A stretch of DNA of 56,602 nt from Acidimicrobiales bacterium (lineage in GTDB: Bacteria > Actinomycetota > Acidimicrobiia > Acidimicrobiales > RAAP-2): positions 1 to 56,602 of the forward strand of contig JASHYA010000322.1 in the NCBI GenBank assembly GCA_030043315.1, in the 5' to 3' direction. How positions within the stretch are numbered: position 1 is the first letter of the stretch; each line of letters opens with the position of its first letter. Made by a program: the position numbers and the translations under genes. Shown piece by piece: positions 52,465-56,602 of this stretch. The notes under the pieces were generated by a model that had not been told where the DNA came from, made no database searches, and saw only the letters and a program-made list of their open reading frames with translations.

Positions 52465-54129
52465 GAGCCTCGAGAGACACACCTGGTCGACGGGCGCCGA
52501 GGACAGGAGCTCACCATCGAGCCTGACCTCGTTCGAGACCGCGTCGACCTCGACCGTGCCCATTGCCCCGTTCCGACACATGGACGCGGGACCGATGCCG
52601 CGACAACCTGCCACCGGCACTCGGCGCCGCCTCGTCGGCACCCTCCCGAGCGGGCCGTCGGTCCCCGTTTTGGCGACGAACGCCACAGATAGTTCGGCGG
52701 CGGTGGCACCCATCCCACCGAATTGGGGTCCCACCACGAGCGGCTGGGAGGATTCGATGCTCGCGTTGGGATCCCCGGTCACGCCCCATGCCGGGAATCC
52801 GGCCTTCAAGACGAGTGACGGCTTTGCGGCGAAGTACCGCGGATCCCAGAGAACCACGTCCGCGAGCTTCCCCACCTCGAGCGATCCGACCTCGTGGCTC
52901 AGACCGTGCGCGATCGCCGGATTGATGGTCAGCTTGGCAAGGTAACGGAGGATGCGCTCGTTGTCGTCGGTTTCGGTATTGGAAATCGGTCCCCTCTCAC
53001 CACGCATCTTCGCCGCGACCGCAAAGGTGCGCCGGAACGTCTCCCCGGCCCGTCCCATCCCTTGTGCGTCGGATGACGTGATCGCGATCACCCCTAGGTC
53101 GTGGAGCACGTCCTCTGCGCCCATCGTCGATGCACGGATTCGGTCTCTGGCGATGCGGACGTCCGAGTCGACATCCTTGTGGAGGCCGTGGGCCGCGCAA
53201 ATCATGTCGAACGCCTCCGCGAGCGCGTCCCTTGCGAAGGGGAGCGTCGGGTTCGTGGATGACGCGATCACGTTGGGGAGCCCGGCCATCCGCAGGACGT
53301 CCGGCGCATGGCCCCCGCCACATCCTTCGACGTGAAAGACATGGACGGTCCGGCTCTCCAGCGTCGCGATCGTGTCGCTCACGCTCATTCCCTCGTTCAT
53401 CCCGTCCGAATGCAGGGCGACCTGGACGTCGTGCTCCTCTGCGACCCGGAGCGCGGTGTCGATTGATCGCCGGCTCGCGCCGAGGTCTTCGTGGACCTTG
53501 AACCCGCAGGCGCCGCCCTCTTCGAGCGCCTCCACCAACGGACCAGGGTGCGACGATGACCCACGCGCGAGGAAGCCGATGTTCACTGGCCAGGCGTCGA
53601 AGGCGGAGAAGGCGTGCGAGAGCGCCCATGGTGAGTTCACGCCCACTCCCCACACCGGTCCGAATTCCTGACCGATGATCGTGGTGACGCCCGAGGCCAG
53701 CGAGGCTTCCATCACCCTCGGTGACAAGAGATGGACGTGGGTGTCGATTCCGCCTGGAGTGGCGACCAGTCCGGTTCCTGACACGATCGTCGTACCCGTC
53801 CCCACCACGACGTCGACGTCGTCCACCGTGTCCGGGTTGCCGGCGCGCCCCAGTCCTGCGATCCGGCCGTTGCGCACGCCGATGCTCACCTTGTGACATC
53901 CGAGTACCGGGTCGAGCAGCACGACGCCCGAGATGACGAGGTCGCAGGTGTCCGCCACCGAGGCGGCCTTGAGATGGATGCCATCTCGGGCGGTCTTGGC
54001 GAACCCGACGATGAACTCGTCCCCACGGGTCTCTGCGTCCGACTCCACCCTCAGCATGAGTCCGGTGTCACCCAGGTGGACCAGGTCGCCGGCCGTTGGG
54101 CCGTAGACGGCGTAGCGGGGAGGGCTCAC
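52453..54129 (-). CDS. ureC: urease alpha subunit-like amidohydrolase (divergent 'second urease' type)
   Basis: GGIDTHVHLL, GFKVHEDLG (carbamyl-Lys), HSDGMNE, FHVEGCGGGHAPD, SSDAQGMGR. All Ni-ligand positions are conserved. GTGA overlap with ureAB. Confidence 0.85.
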   Translation of the reverse strand: MSPPRYAVYGPTAGDLVHLGDTGLMLRVESDAETRGDEFIVGFAKTARDGIHLKAASVADTCDLVISGVVLLDPVLGCHKVSIGVRNGRIAGLGRAGNPDTVDDVDVVVGTGTTIVSGTGLVATPGGIDTHVHLLSPRVMEASLASGVTTIIGQEFGPVWGVGVNSPWALSHAFSAFDAWPVNIGFLARGSSSHPGPLVEALEEGGACGFKVHEDLGASRRSIDTALRVAEEHDVQVALHSDGMNEGMSVSDTIATLESRTVHVFHVEGCGGGHAPDVLRMAGLPNVIASSTNPTLPFARDALAEAFDMICAAHGLHKDVDSDVRIARDRIRASTMGAEDVLHDLGVIAITSSDAQGMGRAGETFRRTFAVAAKMRGERGPISNTETDDNERILRYLAKLTINPAIAHGLSHEVGSLEVGKLADVVLWDPRYFAAKPSLVLKAGFPAWGVTGDPNASIESSQPLVVGPQFGGMGATAAELSVAFVAKTGTDGPLGRVPTRRRRVPVAGCRGIGPASMCRNGAMGTVEVDAVSNEVRLDGELLSSAPVDQVCLSRLYFL

Positions 54130-54827
54130 CCGTCGCTGTCCAGATAGCCGCAGCGGCGGGCCGTCTCGAGCGCCGCCTCTTTCGTCCCCGGGGCGTCGAG
54201 CGGACCGTCGACGAGGCCGGCGAACCCCACGACCACTCTCGCCCCCCGGATATCGGCGAGCTCGACGGTGACCGTGGTGCCTGGATCGAAGCGGACGGCG
54301 GTTCCCGCGTCCACGGCCAGATGACGACCGTAGGCTGCCGCCCGCGAGAAGCGGAGTCGCGGGTTGGACTCGAAGAAGTGGAAGTGGCTGGAGACACTGA
54401 TGGGGACGCTGCTCTCGTTGGTGACCTCGACGATCGCGTCGACGCGGCGCGCAAATTGCGCAGGTGCCTCGACGATCTTCCCCGGCGCCAAGCGGGTTGA
54501 TCCGGACGGACGGCCGTCGTCTCCGAGCGCGAACGGGTCGCTCACCACGGCCAGACGCGTCCCGTCGTCGAAGGTTGCCTCGATGCAGACCTCGTCGACG
54601 AGGTCGACCACACCGTCGAGCACGTCGTCAGGTCCGAGCACCGTTCGTCCTCGCTCGATCGCATCGGCGAGGCGAAGGCCGTCCCTTGCCGCTTCGGCCA
54701 CCGTGTCAGCGATCAGTGCGGTCGCCTCGGGGGCGTTCAGTCGAAGGCCCCGCGACCGCCTCGCCCTCGCCAGCTCGGCAGCGGTGAACACGAGCAGCCG
54801 GTCTCTTTCGGCGGGCGTCAGCCGCAT
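54126..54827 (-). CDS. fused urease gamma/beta subunit
   Basis: The N-terminus MRLTPAERDRLLVFTAAELARARRSRGLRLN is UreA-like. The C-terminal part SSHFHFFESNPRLRF is UreB-like. Confidence 0.85.
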   Translation of the reverse strand: MRLTPAERDRLLVFTAAELARARRSRGLRLNAPEATALIADTVAEAARDGLRLADAIERGRTVLGPDDVLDGVVDLVDEVCIEATFDDGTRLAVVSDPFALGDDGRPSGSTRLAPGKIVEAPAQFARRVDAIVEVTNESSVPISVSSHFHFFESNPRLRFSRAAAYGRHLAVDAGTAVRFDPGTTVTVELADIRGARVVVGFAGLVDGPLDAPGTKEAALETARRCGYLDSDG

Positions 54828-54843
54828 AGAAGATTGATCGCCA

Positions 54844-56602
54844 CTAGCTGGAGAAGTACCAGGTCGATGGGAAGATTGTGCCGTACGGGCTGAGGTGCTG
54901 CCAGCCTTTCAAGGTGTCCTTGACCACGGCCACCTCGTCCTCGAGCGGCCACCACAGAGAGGCCACCTGCGTCGAGAGGTACTTCTCGTCGGCGTAGAGC
55001 GCCTTGAGCCCCCCGTGTTCGTCGGCGGCGTCGATCAGCGCCTGTGCTTTCGCGCTGGAGTAGCCGCCCGCCCAGAAGTTGCCCTCCCCGAACTCGTTCT
55101 TGCCGGTCGGCAGGACTGTGTTCTCACTGTACGGCCAGAGATAACCCGCGTAGCCAGCGAGCCCGTAGTTGCACGGCGGGGCCGACGGACAGACTCCGGC
55201 GATCGTGTACATCGTCGTCAGCGGCTGCCCATCCAGCGTGATTCCGACCCCCACGGTCTTGGCGATCGTCTTGAAGGCCAAGACCTGGGCGAAGAAGCTT
55301 GTTGTGCCTGTCTCGTACAGGAACTGCAGGCTCAGCTTCTTCCCCTTGGAGATCCCAGGACCGCATTCGCCGGGCCCGTCTCCGGGATGCTTGCAGACGT
55401 CGATGCCGTCGGGCCCCTTCGTCCATCCGTGCCCGGAGAGGAGTCTCGAGGCCGCCGTGGGGTCGTAGGGATACGGGTCCTTCTGTATCGCGGGGGCGAC
55501 GTACGGCGACCCCGGGTAGTCGGACACCGGACCGTAGTCGGGGAGGCCATAGCCGTGAAGCGTGCGTGTGATGTACAGCTTCTCGTTCACGAGGTGCTGG
55601 AGCGCTTGGCGGATGTACAGCTGCTTCACGAGAGGCCCGAATGTCTTGCTCGTGTAGCCCAGCTCCATGGCCTCGTTGTAGAAGGTGTGCCAGTCCTTGA
55701 TAGTGAACCCATGACTCTTGAAGTACGAGGCTTGGCCGAGCTGGCTCTGAGGGATGTAGCCGAACGAGAGGATCCCCGAGCGCAAGGCATCGATCTCTGC
55801 CGTGGCTGTTGTGTACGAGTAGATCTTGTAGCCGGCCAATCGGGGCTTCACTGGACCCGTGTACTTGCTGTTCACCACGAAGGAGGCGTCGTGGGTGACC
55901 GCGTTGTAAGAGCTGATCATCCACGGGCCATCGACGGTCTTCCACAACGGGTTGGTGGCGTAGGTCTGGAGATTCTTTGACTGGTCGAAGAGGAAGTCGA
56001 ACACCGCCTTCGCGCCCGTGGGAGTTGTGGCCGCGCCGCCGACAGAACACGCGCTGCACGTCTTGTTCCATGACTGTGCCGGAAGGGGAATGATCCACGT
56101 CAGCTGGTTATCGGTGAACCATGTCGGGCTGTAAGCATGGTTGAGATGGAGGGTGAACTCATGGGGGCTCGGGTAGTCGACGCTCGTGATGTCGTCCGGC
56201 AACTCTCCAGGGATGTACTCACCCAATGTGTGTTTTCCAGCCGACACGAGGTTGAAGAAGAATTTGACGTCAGTCGAGGTCACCGGCGCGCCTGTGGACC
56301 ACGTGAAGCCCTTTTTCATCGTCACGGTCACGGTCTTGTCCCCGTTCGAATAGACGGGCTTCTCCCCGACGGAGCGGCTGAAGTCGATCCCGGTGCTAGA
56401 GCCGTTCCCGGCTGCGTAGAGGGGTAGCCACATGCCGTCTTCCACCATGCCGTCGTACACCTGGTAGTTCACCTGGTTCTCCAGCGGCAGCATCCATGAG
56501 AACTCCTCGCCGACTTCGAGGGCGTAGCTCGCGACGCCACCGGTCGCGGCTCTGGGCGCGGCCGAAACCGTGCCGCTCCCCAGAACTACGCCACTCGCCG
56601 CG
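54844..56602 (-). CDS. ABC transporter substrate-binding protein, family 5; 5' end lies beyond the window
   Basis: Family-5 SBP body. The frame stays open upstream of the listed Met to the window edge (..AASGVVLGSGTVSAAPRAATGGVASYALEVGEEFSW-MLPLEN). It ends 17 nt before ureAB. Confidence 0.8.
   Translation of the reverse strand, partial: AASGVVLGSGTVSAAPRAATGGVASYALEVGEEFSWMLPLENQVNYQVYDGMVEDGMWLPLYAAGNGSSTGIDFSRSVGEKPVYSNGDKTVTVTMKKGFTWSTGAPVTSTDVKFFFNLVSAGKHTLGEYIPGELPDDITSVDYPSPHEFTLHLNHAYSPTWFTDNQLTWIIPLPAQSWNKTCSACSVGGAATTPTGAKAVFDFLFDQSKNLQTYATNPLWKTVDGPWMISSYNAVTHDASFVVNSKYTGPVKPRLAGYKIYSYTTATAEIDALRSGILSFGYIPQSQLGQASYFKSHGFTIKDWHTFYNEAMELGYTSKTFGPLVKQLYIRQALQHLVNEKLYITRTLHGYGLPDYGPVSDYPGSPYVAPAIQKDPYPYDPTAASRLLSGHGWTKGPDGIDVCKHPGDGPGECGPGISKGKKLSLQFLYETGTTSFFAQVLAFKTIAKTVGVGITLDGQPLTTMYTIAGVCPSAPPCNYGLAGYAGYLWPYSENTVLPTGKNEFGEGNFWAGGYSSAKAQALIDAADEHGGLKALYADEKYLSTQVASLWWPLEDEVAVVKDTLKGWQHLSPYGTIFPSTWYFSS

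Noticed and set aside
1-56602. CRISPR arrays, transposases/integrases, prophage genes, tRNA/rRNA, toxin-antitoxin or defence systems
   Set aside because: I scanned ORF translations and intergenic spacers and saw no repeat-spacer arrays, no recombinase or transposase motifs and no cloverleaf-like segments. The island looks metabolic rather than mobile. tRNA absence was judged by eye only.
54844-56602. Impression that the two SBP genes (also 10872..12602) are less GC-rich than their neighbours, hinting at horizontal acquisition
   Set aside because: This is an impression by eye only. I could not compute GC or codon statistics, and secreted SBPs often differ in composition. It would need a sliding-window GC3 / codon-adaptation calculation.

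Overview
High-GC (judged by eye), densely packed, actinobacterium-like chromosomal window. F420-type LLM and PPOX enzymes, Ku/LigD, mycothiol-type class III ADHs and pervasive ATGA/GTGA stop-start overlaps support that placement. I found no rRNA, tRNA, CRISPR array or mobile element.

Gene content from left to right:
- an NHEJ module (separate LigD-Pol, LigD PE+ligase, Ku);
- a peptide/opine-type ABC importer (fused double ATPase, two permeases, one divergent TAT-signal binding protein) with an enolase-superfamily enzyme and a Zn-ADH;
- an unusual cluster at about 12.6-21.3 kb with three HAL/PAL-fold lyase paralogues that all lack the MIO-forming Ala-Ser-Gly triad, together with a cysteine-dioxygenase::rhodanese fusion, a formaldehyde-activating-enzyme (Fae) homologue, a class III Zn-ADH and a P450;
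- a heterotetrameric sarcosine-oxidase-family operon (soxBDAG, equivalent to mgdABCD);
- an XRE-cupin regulator, two GcvT-like folate enzymes and a stand-alone FAD oxidase;
- mgsCBA and gmaS, which together with the sox-type operon make up the N-methylglutamate pathway for methylamine;
- a PhyH-family dioxygenase and an APC permease;
- etfBA plus a membrane Fe-S EtfD-like oxidoreductase;
- a trimethylamine dehydrogenase with TMA-type specificity residues;
- F420 enzymes, TetR, an amidohydrolase and agmatine deiminase;
- an accessory-gene-less ureAB-ureC pair behind a family-5 binding protein.

Main hypothesis: the window is a methylated-amine/C1 catabolic island, and its unexplained entry step is a set of MIO-less lyases. 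By analogy to ergothionase these would be trimethylamine-eliminating betaine lyases. They include a translationally coupled active/degenerate pair that may form a heteromer.

All functional calls come from reading the translated sequences. No database search was run.
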